A stretch of DNA of 64,000 bases from Acidobacteriota bacterium (GCA_022340545.1 JAJDNV010000159.1:21872-85871), one strand, 5' to 3'. Shown: positions 1-10,137, numbered from the stretch's first letter. Translations and numbers: made by a program. Notes: generated from the letters alone by a model not told the origin.

Positions 1-2
1 CG

Positions 3-716
3 GAGTCTCACGTCGAGCGCACGGCCGGGGACGACGAGGTCCTGCGTGAGGCCGCGGAGCTGGTGGCTCGAGCCGCCCCGTTTCGCGCCGACGCGGAGGC
101 CTCGGCCGAGCACCGGCGTCAGCTCGCGCGGGTGCTGGCCCTGCGGGCCCTCCGAGGCGCAGTGGACCGAGGGCGGCGACGCCAGCCGCCCGACATCCCC
201 CGTCTTCGCCCGCCGGCATCGCACCGGGGAGCCGCCCCCCTCGCCAACTTCACCTCTGGACGCCTCGACGTGACGGCGAACGGGCGCAAGCTCCGCGTGG
301 ACGCGGAGGCCCGCACGTCCCTGCTCGACCTGCTCCGGGGGGCGGGGATCTTCGGCGCCAAGGCGGGGTGCGGGGCGGGGCGCTGCGGGGCCTGCACCGT
401 TCTCCTCGACGGCCGTGCGGTGGCCTCCTGTCTGACCCTGGCGGTGCGCGCCCAGGGACGCACCGTCCTCACCGTCGAGGGCCTGGGCACGAGCGCGCGG
501 CCGCACGTTCTGCAGACCGTGTTCGCGGAGGAGGGGGCCATCGGGTGCGGGTTCTGCACGCCCGCTCTCCTTCTCGGAGCGAAGTCCCTCCTCGACGCCG
601 TGCCCAACCCGACCGAGGACGAGGTGCGCGAGGCGCTCACCGGGCTCTGCCGCTGCACCGGGTACGTGAAGCCCGTCCGGGCCGTCCTCGCCGCCGCCTC
701 ACGGAGGGAGCGGTGA
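3..716 (+). CDS. XDH/CODH-family protein, 5' partial: C-terminal segment of a FAD-binding (CoxM-like) subunit continuing in-frame into a (2Fe-2S)-binding CoxS-like small subunit
   Basis: In frame 3 the CoxM-like C-terminal motif ASAEHRRQLARVLALRAL is followed, with no stop codon, by the 2Fe-2S motifs CGAGRCGACTV, GCGFCTPA and CRCTGY. A GTG at 270 could be an independent small-subunit start. Stop at 714-716. Confidence 0.6.
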   Translation, partial: ESHVERTAGDDEVLREAAELVARAAPFRADAEASAEHRRQLARVLALRALRGAVDRGRRRQPPDIPRLRPPASHRGAAPLANFTSGRLDVTANGRKLRVDAEARTSLLDLLRGAGIFGAKAGCGAGRCGACTVLLDGRAVASCLTLAVRAQGRTVLTVEGLGTSARPHVLQTVFAEEGAIGCGFCTPALLLGAKSLLDAVPNPTEDEVREALTGLCRCTGYVKPVRAVLAAASRRER

Positions 717-2833
717 CGCTCCGGAGAGCCACCGGGGAGGTGGCCTTCGCCGGGGACTTCATGCGTCCGGGCGCCCTCCACCTGGCGATCCGGCGCTCGC
801 CGGTGGCCCACGGACGCGTCGTCGCGTCCGACACCACGGATGCGCGGGCCCTCCCCGGGGTGGTGGCAGCCCTGGCCGCGGAGGACACGGCGGGAGTCCT
901 CGATCCCGTGCTTCGCTTCGTCGGGGACCGCGCGGGGGTCGTGGCCGCAGAGGACGCCGACATCGCCCGGCACGCCGCGGACATGGTTCACCTCGTCGTG
1001 AAGCCGCTCCCGATCGTCCTCGATGCCGAGGCCGCACGGAAAGATCCGGAACAGGTCGCCGCCCGTTTCGATGTCGAGGTCGGCAACGTTGATGAGGCAC
1101 TCGCGATTGCGGATCACGTCGTCGAAGGGACGTGGACGGTCCCGGCCGCCCCGACGGTGACCCTGGATCCGCCCGTCACCCTGACCTGGCTCGACGACGA
1201 CCGTCGTCTGGTCGTCCGGACCTCGGCGGAGTCACCGTTCCGCGTGCGCCGGCTCCTGGCCGATCGCCTCGGCCTCCCCGCCGCCCGCATTCGCGTGATG
1301 CGGCCACTCGTGGCCGGAGGCGTGGGGGGCCGGCCCGACGTGCCGATCGAGGACCTCTGCGCCCTCGTCACGTTGCGGACGGGGCGTCCGGCACGCCTGG
1401 CGCTGACCGCCGAGGAGCTGCCGCTCTTCCCCGGCCGCCCCCCGCAGAGAATCGAGGTCCGACTGGCCGTGCAGGCCGGCCGCCTGAGCGCCCTCGCGCT
1501 GCGGCTGCTCGTGGACGTGGGCGCAGACTCGGAGGGGGCCGAGGCCCTGCTGAGATCCGCGGCCCGCCAGGCCCTCGCGCTCTACAGTGCCCCGAGCCTG
1601 CGCGTGGAGGCCGTCGCGGTGCGCACTCACCGGCCACCGACCAGCCGACGGCACGGGGCCGACGATGACGCCGCGTTCGCGGTCGAGTGCGCGATCGAGG
1701 AGGCCGCGCGGCAACTCGGAGAGGATCCAGTGAAGTTTCGTCGCCGGCAGCTGCGTCGACCCGGTCGGGGGTACGAGCTGCCCGGCGGGCTGGGCGAAGC
1801 CCCCGGAGCAGACGATGCGATGCCTCTCGACGCGTTGCTGGAGGCCGGAGTGCAGAAGGCCCGCTGGGGCCGACGGGATCGGGGGCGGGGAGCGCTCAGC
1901 CCGGTCCGGTGGGGGCTCGGGGTGGGGCTGGCCCGCCGCGCCGCCGGCGCAGCCGAGGGCACGGGAGCCGCGGCCACCCTCCGCCTCCTGGAAGACGGCT
2001 CGTTCACGCTCGCCGCGGCCCCGTCGTCCACGGGGGCAGCGGACGAAACGGTGTTCGCGTCGGCGGCGGCCAGCATGCTCGGCGTCCCGGCGCGGCGGGT
2101 GGTCCTCGCCGCCGCCGACACCGACTCTGCCCCGTTCGAAGCGGGTGACCACGCGCCCACCTTCCTCTCGACGGGCCGCGCGGTGGAGCAGGCGGCCGAG
2201 GTGGCACGGGAGCTGATCCGCAAGGCAGGCGCCGCCATGCTCGGCACGGACCCGGCCCGGGCCGAGGTGGTCGGCGGTGAGGTGCGTGCGGAGGATGGCC
2301 GTACCGCGAGCTTCGCGGCGATCGGAGCGGCAGCACTCGAGGCCGGCCAGCCCGTCGCCGCCACCGCGGTCCCCTCCATTGAGAACGCACCCCCGTCCGA
2401 TGCCGCCGTCTTCGCCGAGGTGGAGGTGGACACCGAGACCGGTGTGGTGCGCCCGCTTCGTCTCACCGCGGTCGCGGCCGGCGGTCCCTTCGCCGACCCG
2501 CGTCCCGCCGAGGCGCAGGTCGAGGGCGCGCTCGCCACCGCCCTCGAGCGTGCGCTCGCCGCAGCCCTTCCGGTGGATACCGAGGGCCGGCCGCTCGCCG
2601 GGTCCCTGCGCCGCTGGCCCCTCGTGGCCGCCGGTGACGTCCCGCCGATCGCGGTGACCTTCCTCCCGACGGACGACCCCTCGACACGCTTCGGGGCCAT
2701 GGCCGTGGGTGAGACGGCGGGTCGGGCAGCGGTGGCCGCGATCGCGGCGGCGGTTGCCCACGCATCGGGTGGAACGGTGAGGTCGCTGCCGCTCGACCCG
2801 GGGACGGTGCTGGACCTCCAGGCCGGCCGCTGA
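712..2833 (+). CDS. XDH/CODH/aldehyde-oxidase-family molybdopterin-binding large subunit (CoxL-like)
   Basis: GTG start overlaps the upstream stop (GTGA) and follows GGAGGGA. N-terminal Ald_Xan_dh-like region (GEVAFAGDF...AHGRVV..DTTDARALPGVVA) and AGGVGGRPD, a variant of the GGGFGGK motif. About 707 aa. Confidence 0.75.
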
Positions 2834-2865
2834 GACCCGGCCGCCAAGCTAGAATAGCGCCTCTC

Positions 2866-4149
2866 ATGGGTGAGTCGATGGCGTCCCGCCGTCCGGCGGA
2901 CCGGGTCCGTCGTCTCCTCTCCGCGATCGGGCCCGGGATCTTCATCCTGGGGTACATCATCGGCACCGGCAGCGTCACGTCGATGGCGAAGGCCGGCGCC
3001 GAGTACGGGATGACGCTGGCCTGGGCGATGGCGCTGTCGTGCTTCTGCACGTACGTGCTGATCGTCGCGGTCAGCCGCGTGACGATCGCCTCGGGACACA
3101 CTCTCATCCACTGTATCCGCCAGCAGTTCGGGTCGGCCGTGGCCATCGGCATCATCTTTGGACTGATGGCCACGGTCATCTCGTCGGTCATCGGCGTCAT
3201 GGGCATCGCAGCCGATGTCGCGCGGGAGTGGAGCGCCCAGGTCACCGGGAGCGCGGGCATCCCGCCCCTGGCTACCGCCGTGGTCCTGAACGGCATCCTC
3301 GGCTTCCTGATCTGGAAGGGCTCCCACGGTCTCTTCATGAGAGCCATGGCCGTGATCGTGGCCCTGATGGCACTCTGCTTCCTGGTGACGATGTTCATCG
3401 TCATTCCGGGACCGATGGAGCTGATCCGAAGCCTCAGACCGGCCATGCCCGCCCGATCGGAGATGCATCTGGTGCTGGCGGCGATGGTGGGGACCACGAT
3501 GGCCTCGGTCTGCGTCGTCACGAGGAGCTACCTGGTGGCGGAGAGGGGCTGGGGACGGAACGACTTGAGGGCGGAGAACCGGGATGCGATCGTCTCACTC
3601 AGCCTGACCTTCCTCGTGGGCGCCGCGATCATGGCGAGCGCGGCCGGCACGATGCTCCCGGCGGGAATCCCCGTCGTGGAGGCAATCGACATGGTCAAGA
3701 CGCTGGAGCCGCTGGCCGGACGGTTCGCCACCGCGCTGTTCGTGACGGGCATCATCGCCGCCGCGGTGTCCTCCCTGTTTCCCAACTACGTGCTGGGACC
3801 GTGGCTGGTCTGCGACTACATGAACGTTCCACGGAGGATGGACCGGGCGACGGTCCGCGTCGCCGTCGCGGCCGTGGCCTCGCTGGCCTTCGTGGTCCCC
3901 GTCTTCGGCGGCCGACCGGTCTTGATCATGATCGCCTCGCAGGCCGTCAGCACGGTGATCATGCCGGTGCTCATCCTCCTGTTGATGATCCTGCTGAACC
4001 GGTCGGCCGTCGTGGGTGACTACCGGAATCCGATGGCCCTGAATATCGGCCTGATCATCACGCTGGTCTTCGCCCTGGTGGTTTCGTACTCCGGTGCGCT
4101 CGGCCTGGTGGAGGGCGTGAATGAGATCCTCTTTCCATTGAAGGCGTGA
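2866..4149 (+). CDS. Nramp-superfamily membrane transporter with a non-canonical metal-binding site
   Basis: About 11 TM helices. The TM1 region GPGIFILGYIIGTGSVTSMAKAGAEYG aligns with the Nramp GPGFLVAIAYIDPGNFATD motif, but DPGN is replaced by GTGS and no MPH motif is seen. Confidence 0.7.
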   Translation: MGESMASRRPADRVRRLLSAIGPGIFILGYIIGTGSVTSMAKAGAEYGMTLAWAMALSCFCTYVLIVAVSRVTIASGHTLIHCIRQQFGSAVAIGIIFGLMATVISSVIGVMGIAADVAREWSAQVTGSAGIPPLATAVVLNGILGFLIWKGSHGLFMRAMAVIVALMALCFLVTMFIVIPGPMELIRSLRPAMPARSEMHLVLAAMVGTTMASVCVVTRSYLVAERGWGRNDLRAENRDAIVSLSLTFLVGAAIMASAAGTMLPAGIPVVEAIDMVKTLEPLAGRFATALFVTGIIAAAVSSLFPNYVLGPWLVCDYMNVPRRMDRATVRVAVAAVASLAFVVPVFGGRPVLIMIASQAVSTVIMPVLILLLMILLNRSAVVGDYRNPMALNIGLIITLVFALVVSYSGALGLVEGVNEILFPLKA

Positions 4150-4159
4150 GGACAGAACC

Positions 4160-6259
4160 GTGACGAAGACTTCAACCGGCCTGCTGCTCGCCGTGCTCCT
4201 GCCGACGACCAGCCTCGCCCAGACGTCCCCCTTCCTTCCGGAAGAGCACCGACGCGCCCTGGTGAACGAGATCTCGGGAGATCGCGCGTTCGAGCAGGTG
4301 CGTTGGCTGACCCACTATCACCGCACCGGGCCCGGCCGTGACTTCTGGGCCGCGGCCGAGCACATCCGGGCCACCGCCGCGGCGTCCGGGCTCGAGGACG
4401 TGCACCTCATCCGGCAGGAGTGGCAGGGGCATCCCTGGACGTGCCACTCCGGGGAAGCCTGGCTGCTCGGCCCCGAGCCCACGAAGCTGGCCGACTTCGG
4501 CGAGGTAGCGGTCTCGATCGCCGATCACAGCCGCACCACCCACGTGACGGCCGGTCTCGTCGACGTCGGGGAGGGGACCTCCGCCGCCGACTACGAGGAC
4601 GTCACGGTCGAGGGCCGGGTGGTCCTGGCCGCGGGCAGCCCCGACGCGGTGATGCGCGAGGCGGTCTGGAGGCGGGGGGCCCTGGGTGTCGTGTCCTACG
4701 CGTCGTCCCGCCTCCAGTCCTTCGATGCCCCCGACCAGGTGGCCTGGGGCCGTGTCTCCTACGAGGCGAAGGACGTGGCCGGGGTCGACGACGGGACGCC
4801 GGGGACGTTCGCGATCATGGTGTCGCCCCGGCGGGGACGGTGGCTCCAGGAGCGGCTCGCCGGCGCCAGCTCTCCGCTCGAGATCAAGGTGGACATCGAG
4901 GCCGAGCACCCCGAGAAGCGCGAGCAGGGGATGGTCGAGGCCTGGATCCGCGGGAGCGAGATCCACGACCAGCAGATCGTCCTCGTCTCCCACATCCAGG
5001 AGGAGATGACCTCGGCCAACGACAACGGCAGCGGGTGCGCGAGCATGCTCGAGATCGGACGGGCGCTCGGCCGGCTCATCCGGGAGGGAACGCTCCCCCG
5101 TCCCCGCCGCGACATCCGTTTCTGGTGGGTGAACGAGCTCTCGAGCGAACCCCAGTACTTCCGCGATCACCCCGAGACGCCCGACCAGATGCTCCTGGCC
5201 CTGAGCCAGGACATGGTGGGAGCCCGGCAGAGCTGGGGGGGACGCGTCCAGTACGCCTCACGCCTCCCGTGGAGCCTTCCCCACGCCCTCGACGACGTGA
5301 TGGAGAGCATCCTGACCGCGATCCGAGACGGCAACACCTCCTATCTCGTCAATCGGAGCACCGGACAGCCGCAGCCCTTCCTCCAGGAGATCACCGCGGT
5401 CAAGGGCTCGCGTGAGCCGTACCATGCCCGGATGGTGCCGTACTACGACTCGACGGACCACCACTCGTTCACCCCGCGGCACATCAGGGTGCCCGGGACG
5501 AGCCTCACCAACTGGCCCGACCAGTGGATCCACTCCTCGAGGGACGATCTCGAGAACATCGACGCCACCCAGCTCGAGCGGAACGCGGTGGTCGTGGCCG
5601 CGGTGGCCCTCTACTTCGCCTCGCTCCAGGACGAGGACGTGCCCGCCCTCGCCGCCTACATGGCGGCGCGGGGCCGCGCCCGGGTGGCCGCCGACACCGC
5701 GGTCGCGGTGGCCCACCTCGCCCGATCCGAACCCGAGGGACGCCGCCAGGCGTGGGCGGAGGCGGCCCGGCTCGTCCGCCACACCCACGAGCGGGAGGAG
5801 CGGGCCCTCGCGTCCCTGAGCCGGCTCGATCCGAAGGGGCGAAGCCGCGACATCGTCTCGGGCGCCCGGCGCCAGCTCGAAACGTCCCGCGAGTCCGAGC
5901 TCCGCGCCCTCGAGGAGGCCTACGCAGGGCTGACGGGACTCAAGCCGGTTCCCCCCCCACTCGACGACGAGGCTCGGACGATGGCGCAGACCGTCTACGT
6001 CCCGCACGGTGACGTCGCGACGCTCAGCCGGGACCTCCAGGAGGTGGAGTCCCCCAGTGGGCTACACGCCCTGATGGAGTTTGAGGTGCTGAACTTCGCG
6101 GACGGGACCCGCACCGCCTGGGAGGTCTACGAGGCGGTGGCGGCGGAGGCCCTCTCGGCCGGCGAGTGGTACTACGGGACCGTCAGTCCCAGGGACGTCC
6201 TTTCCGTCCTCGACTCCGCGAGGGAGGCCGGCGTGTTCACGGTCGAGATCATTCAATGA
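4160..6259 (+). CDS. secreted M28-family zinc aminopeptidase (PA-domain-like region present)
   Basis: Signal peptide MTKTSTGLLLAVLLPTTSLAQ. DNGSGCASMLEIGRAL is the M28 zinc-ligand motif. GTG start. Confidence 0.75.
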   Translation: MTKTSTGLLLAVLLPTTSLAQTSPFLPEEHRRALVNEISGDRAFEQVRWLTHYHRTGPGRDFWAAAEHIRATAAASGLEDVHLIRQEWQGHPWTCHSGEAWLLGPEPTKLADFGEVAVSIADHSRTTHVTAGLVDVGEGTSAADYEDVTVEGRVVLAAGSPDAVMREAVWRRGALGVVSYASSRLQSFDAPDQVAWGRVSYEAKDVAGVDDGTPGTFAIMVSPRRGRWLQERLAGASSPLEIKVDIEAEHPEKREQGMVEAWIRGSEIHDQQIVLVSHIQEEMTSANDNGSGCASMLEIGRALGRLIREGTLPRPRRDIRFWWVNELSSEPQYFRDHPETPDQMLLALSQDMVGARQSWGGRVQYASRLPWSLPHALDDVMESILTAIRDGNTSYLVNRSTGQPQPFLQEITAVKGSREPYHARMVPYYDSTDHHSFTPRHIRVPGTSLTNWPDQWIHSSRDDLENIDATQLERNAVVVAAVALYFASLQDEDVPALAAYMAARGRARVAADTAVAVAHLARSEPEGRRQAWAEAARLVRHTHEREERALASLSRLDPKGRSRDIVSGARRQLETSRESELRALEEAYAGLTGLKPVPPPLDDEARTMAQTVYVPHGDVATLSRDLQEVESPSGLHALMEFEVLNFADGTRTAWEVYEAVAAEALSAGEWYYGTVSPRDVLSVLDSAREAGVFTVEIIQ

Positions 6260-6260
6260 C

Positions 6261-6372
6261 CCCCCTCCCTCCCCACGTAGGGGGAGGGGAATGCTTGAGA
6301 TAGGCCTTGAACACCCGCGCGTCCCCAGGGAAAGGACACGCAGGCGAGCCTAGGCCTGGTGGCCAGCCGCAC
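6261..6372 (+). repeat. ~110-bp intergenic hairpin repeat element, copy A
   Basis: CCCTCCCCACGTAGGGGGAGGG palindrome plus GCGTGTCCCCAGGGAAAGGACACGC hairpin. Near-identical copies at 11786-11914 (inverted) and 36292-36408, partial copy at 50199-50233. Lies between convergent genes. Confidence 0.6.
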
Positions 6373-6407
6373 CTGTTTGCCGAACCCCCACTCTCCGGCG
6401 TGTTCCG

Positions 6408-7373
6408 CTACTCGGCGGGGACTCTCCCGAAGAGCTCCAGGGCGTAGGCGAGGTCGACGTTCCCACCGGAGAGGACGAGGCCGACGCGGCGGCCCGCGAC
6501 CTCCACCTTGCCTTCCATGGCGGCGGCGAGGGCGAGGACCCCCGTCGGCTCGACGACCAGCTTCATCCGCTCCCACACGAACCGCATCGCTCGAATGAGG
6601 GCGTCGTCCGAGACGGTCACCATGTCGTCCACGTTCTCGCGGACGAGAGGAAAGGTGAGCTTCCCGAGCGACGGCGTCCGGGCTCCGTCGGCGATCGTCG
6701 GTGGGTTGTGGACGGTGTGGAGCTTGCCGGTCTTGAACGACCGCGTGGCGTCGTCGGCGGTTTCGGGCTCGGACCCGACGATCCGGCAGGAGGGGCTCAG
6801 CCGACGGGCCGAGAGCGCGCATCCCGAGAGCAGCCCCCCGCCGCCGCAGGGGACGACGAGGAGGTCGAGTTCGCCCACGTCCTCCAGCAGCTCCTTGCCC
6901 GCTGTCCCCTGACCCGCGATGACGTCGGCGTGGTCGTAGGGAGGGATGAGGACCGGGTGGCCCTTCTGCCGCAACTTCTCGGCGACATCCTCGCGCTTCT
7001 CCTTCTCGGGATCGTACGGGACGATGGTCGCCCCGTAGCCCTCGGTGGCCCGCCGCTTGGCGGCGGGGGCGTTCTCCGGCATGACGATGGTGATCGACAC
7101 CCCGAGCAGCCGGCTGGCCAGCGCGGTGGCCTGGGCGTGGTTTCCGGACGAGTAGGTGAGCACACCGCGCGCCCGCTCCTCGGGCAAGAGCCGGGCGATG
7201 GCGTTGTAGGCCCCACGGAACTTGAAGGCCCCGACCCGCTGGAGGTTCTCGCACTTCAGGAAGAGGTGGGCCCCCAGTCGCTCGTCGAGCGTCCGCGAGG
7301 TCGCGACCGGGGTCCGGTGAGCGATCCCCTTCAACCGCTCGGCGGCCCGGGCCACGTCGTCGAAGGTCACCAT
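6408..7373 (-). CDS. PLP-dependent serine/threonine dehydratase (fold type II; serine-racemase-like)
   Basis: MVTFDDVARAAERLKG...CENLQRVGAFKFRGAYNA (PLP lysine motif) and GGGGLLSG. Start chosen at the internal ATG at 7373. The ORF extends to 7445. Confidence 0.75.
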   Translation of the reverse strand: MVTFDDVARAAERLKGIAHRTPVATSRTLDERLGAHLFLKCENLQRVGAFKFRGAYNAIARLLPEERARGVLTYSSGNHAQATALASRLLGVSITIVMPENAPAAKRRATEGYGATIVPYDPEKEKREDVAEKLRQKGHPVLIPPYDHADVIAGQGTAGKELLEDVGELDLLVVPCGGGGLLSGCALSARRLSPSCRIVGSEPETADDATRSFKTGKLHTVHNPPTIADGARTPSLGKLTFPLVRENVDDMVTVSDDALIRAMRFVWERMKLVVEPTGVLALAAAMEGKVEVAGRRVGLVLSGGNVDLAYALELFGRVPAE

Positions 7374-7475
7374 GAAACCCGTACATATCACAGCGGGTCG
7401 GTCGGCTCGTGGGGTGAGGTGCTTATTCGCCCTCACGGCCACCACTGAGCCGCCGTTCGAGCGAGCCCACCGCCC

Positions 7476-8579
7476 CTACTCGGACGGTTCGTTGTGGGCG
7501 AGGCCGCGACCGGTCACCAGATAGACCGCGAACGTGCCCAGCCAGTGGCCACCCACGTAGTGCTCGCCGGTCACCGCCCCGAGCCCGGCCTCGCGGTGAA
7601 TCCGAGCCGCGGCCCGCAGAGAGGCGATGCGGGCGTCGCCGTCGGGCAGACCGGCGGCCATCCCCTCCAGCATCCAGGCCCGGCTCAGGTTCAGCCCGTC
7701 GAGGTGGGCCAGCTTGGGGTCCGTCGGGTCGAGCACCACGCCGGGCTCGAGCCAGTCGCCCGACCCGTCGGTGGGCAGCGAGGGCAGGAAGACCTCGAGC
7801 CAGCCCGCGTACTCCCTCGGCGCGAGCACCCGCCGCATCAGGTCGGCCTCGGCGAGGCAGGGCGAGAGAAAGTCCTGGCCCGAAGGCTCGTAGTCGAGGG
7901 GGCAGTCGCGGTCGGCCAGGTAGTAGTCGCGACTGCGAGACACCAGGAGTCGCTCCCGCTCCGCATCCCCTGCCGTCCGCGCCCAGTCGAGGATCAGACC
8001 GAAGGCGAAGGCGGTCTGCGAGTGCTCGCCGACCCGGATGGGCTCCGTGAGCTTCGGAAGCCAGTCCGAGATCCGCTCGGCGGCCAGGTCCTCGAGCGGC
8101 TCGAGGGCGGCCGACCAGACGCGGGCCCCGGCGCCCGACTCGCGCAGCTCCGCCGCGAGCTGGAGCAGCCAGGCGAGACCGTAGGGTCGCTCGAAGCTGA
8201 CCCGACCCTCGCCCTCCAGGTAGCGGACCTCTTCCGTCACGTTCTCCACGGACAGGCTGCGGTCGAGGGCCCGGCGGGCCTCAACCGCAAACGCCGCCTC
8301 CGGGTGGAGGCGCAGGAGCCGCGCCAGCAGCCAGTGACCGTGGACCGACGAGTGCCAGTCGTAGCAGCCGAAGAAGGCCGGGGTCAGCCGCCGCGGGGGC
8401 CGGGCATCGTCGTCCGCGTTCATGACGTGGGCGATCTTGTTGGGGTACTCACGATGGACGCAGGCGAGGGCGAGCCCGGCGAAGCGCTCGGCGAGGGCGG
8501 CGTCTACGGGCGCCGCGGCCGTCGAGCTCCCCAGAGCCGTCAACACGAGGACGAGAGCAGGAGCAGAGTGCACACGCAT
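7476..8579 (-). CDS. DUF2891-like secreted protein
   Basis: Signal peptide MRVHSAPALVLVLTALGSSTAAA. FGCYDWHSSVHGHW motif. The ORF-track N-terminal extension to 9470 is Arg/Gly-rich junk. Confidence 0.65.
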   Translation of the reverse strand: MRVHSAPALVLVLTALGSSTAAAPVDAALAERFAGLALACVHREYPNKIAHVMNADDDARPPRRLTPAFFGCYDWHSSVHGHWLLARLLRLHPEAAFAVEARRALDRSLSVENVTEEVRYLEGEGRVSFERPYGLAWLLQLAAELRESGAGARVWSAALEPLEDLAAERISDWLPKLTEPIRVGEHSQTAFAFGLILDWARTAGDAERERLLVSRSRDYYLADRDCPLDYEPSGQDFLSPCLAEADLMRRVLAPREYAGWLEVFLPSLPTDGSGDWLEPGVVLDPTDPKLAHLDGLNLSRAWMLEGMAAGLPDGDARIASLRAAARIHREAGLGAVTGEHYVGGHWLGTFAVYLVTGRGLAHNEPSE

Positions 8580-8702
8580 GGCCCGATCGTAACTCTTCGA
8601 CCAAGGTCCGGCACACCACGCCCCGGTCAAATCAACGCCCGGCGGGACCTCGCCCGGGGTTAGAATCCCACGTCGCCCGTCTTTCCTTCTCTGGAGGCTC
8701 GC

Positions 8703-10022
8703 ATGTCTGATCCTGCGACTCCGACGGCGCAGGGGCGCCTCTCGTCCCCGCTGGCCCGGGCGACGATCCTCGGCGCCGCGCTCGTCCTCATCGGGACCGC
8801 TCCGAGCCACGCCCAGTGGACCCAGTGGCGGGGACCGGAGCGGGACGGCTCCGTGCGGGCCGGGCCGCGAGAGTGGCCGCCGCGGCTCGAGCTTCTCTGG
8901 CAGCGCGACGTCGGCGGGGGCTACGCGGGACCGGTCACGGACGGGCGGCGGGTCTGGGTGCACTCCCGCCGCGGCGGGAACGAGGTCGTCAGCAGCCTGC
9001 GCCTCGACGACGGAGAGCTGGTCTGGAGAGGGGAGTACCCGGCCCCGTTCCAGCAGGACCCGTCGGCAATAAACCACGGCAAGGGCCCCTACCCGACTCC
9101 CGCTCTCGCCGACGGGCGACTCTTCACGTTCGGCGCCCGGTCCGTGCTCACCGCCTGGGACGCCGGCTCCGGCGACCTGTTGTGGAGGGCCGACTACGCG
9201 AGCGAGTTCGACCCGGCCTACCCGTACTTCGGCGCCGTCGCCTCGCCGCTGGTGTGGGGCGGGCTGTGCTTCGTCCCCTTCGGGGGCGCGACGGAACAGG
9301 ATCCCGGCCGGGGCGCCATGATGGCCTTGCGAGTCGCCGACGGCCAGGAGGCCTGGCGTTGGACGGGTGAGGCCCCGGCCACCGGCGCGTCCCCGATCGT
9401 CCGCGAGATCGCGGGCCAGCCGCACCTCGTCTTCAAGAGCAAGGCCCTGATCGTCGGCGTCGACCCACAAACGGGCCGGGAGCTGTGGCGCATCCCCTTC
9501 AGGGTCTCGCAGGACAACACGATCGTGACGCCCGTCTTCGTGGGTGATCGCCTCATCACCTCGGACTACCAGATGGGAGCATGGGCGTGGCGCATCCTGC
9601 CGGACGGCGGCGGCTGGAGCGTGCGCGAGCTGTGGGAGAACCCGTCGGTCTCGATCTTCACCAGCTCACCGGTCCTCGCCGCCGGACTGCTGGTCGGCCT
9701 CTCCGAGACGCGGAAGGGAGAGCTGTTCGGCCTTGATCCGGCCAACGGGGAGATCCGCTGGCGGGGAGAGCCCCGCTGGGGGGAGCACGCCTCCCTGATC
9801 GCACGGGGAAACGAGGTGCTCGTCTTCCGCGAGGACGGCTCGCTGCTCGTCGGGAAGGTCTCTCTAGACGGCTTCGAGACGATCCGGCGCTATGGGGTGG
9901 GCGGCTCCCTGATGTGGGCCCACCCGGCGATCCTGGGCGACCGGATCATCGTCAGGGACGGAGACCGGATCGCCGTCTACGGCGTGTCTCAAGTTGATCG
10001 TCCCGACGCTGGGGCTCGCTGA
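8703..10022 (+). CDS. secreted PQQ-like beta-propeller repeat protein (BamB-like fold)
   Basis: Signal peptide. Repeated ...G.L.W.... units (GELVWRG, GDLLWRAD, GRELWRIPF, GEIRWRGE). Confidence 0.7.
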   Translation: MSDPATPTAQGRLSSPLARATILGAALVLIGTAPSHAQWTQWRGPERDGSVRAGPREWPPRLELLWQRDVGGGYAGPVTDGRRVWVHSRRGGNEVVSSLRLDDGELVWRGEYPAPFQQDPSAINHGKGPYPTPALADGRLFTFGARSVLTAWDAGSGDLLWRADYASEFDPAYPYFGAVASPLVWGGLCFVPFGGATEQDPGRGAMMALRVADGQEAWRWTGEAPATGASPIVREIAGQPHLVFKSKALIVGVDPQTGRELWRIPFRVSQDNTIVTPVFVGDRLITSDYQMGAWAWRILPDGGGWSVRELWENPSVSIFTSSPVLAAGLLVGLSETRKGELFGLDPANGEIRWRGEPRWGEHASLIARGNEVLVFREDGSLLVGKVSLDGFETIRRYGVGGSLMWAHPAILGDRIIVRDGDRIAVYGVSQVDRPDAGAR

Positions 10023-10137
10023 TATCCAACCTATAGCCGCACCGGCCCGCGGGACTCCGGAGGGCGCCCGGCATTGTGGGCGAGGTCCCGATCCCCGTAG
10101 AATCGCCGCGACCGGACACGTTCCCACGCGAGGAGTG

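Noticed and set aside
1232-3468. Long minus-strand ORFs (1232-2761, 1627-3468, 2463-3521) overlapping the XDH large-subunit and Nramp genes
   Set aside because: The translations are Arg/Gly/Pro/Ala/Ser-rich low-complexity strings. These are typical antisense or frame-shifted open frames in 70% GC DNA, and they carry no motifs.
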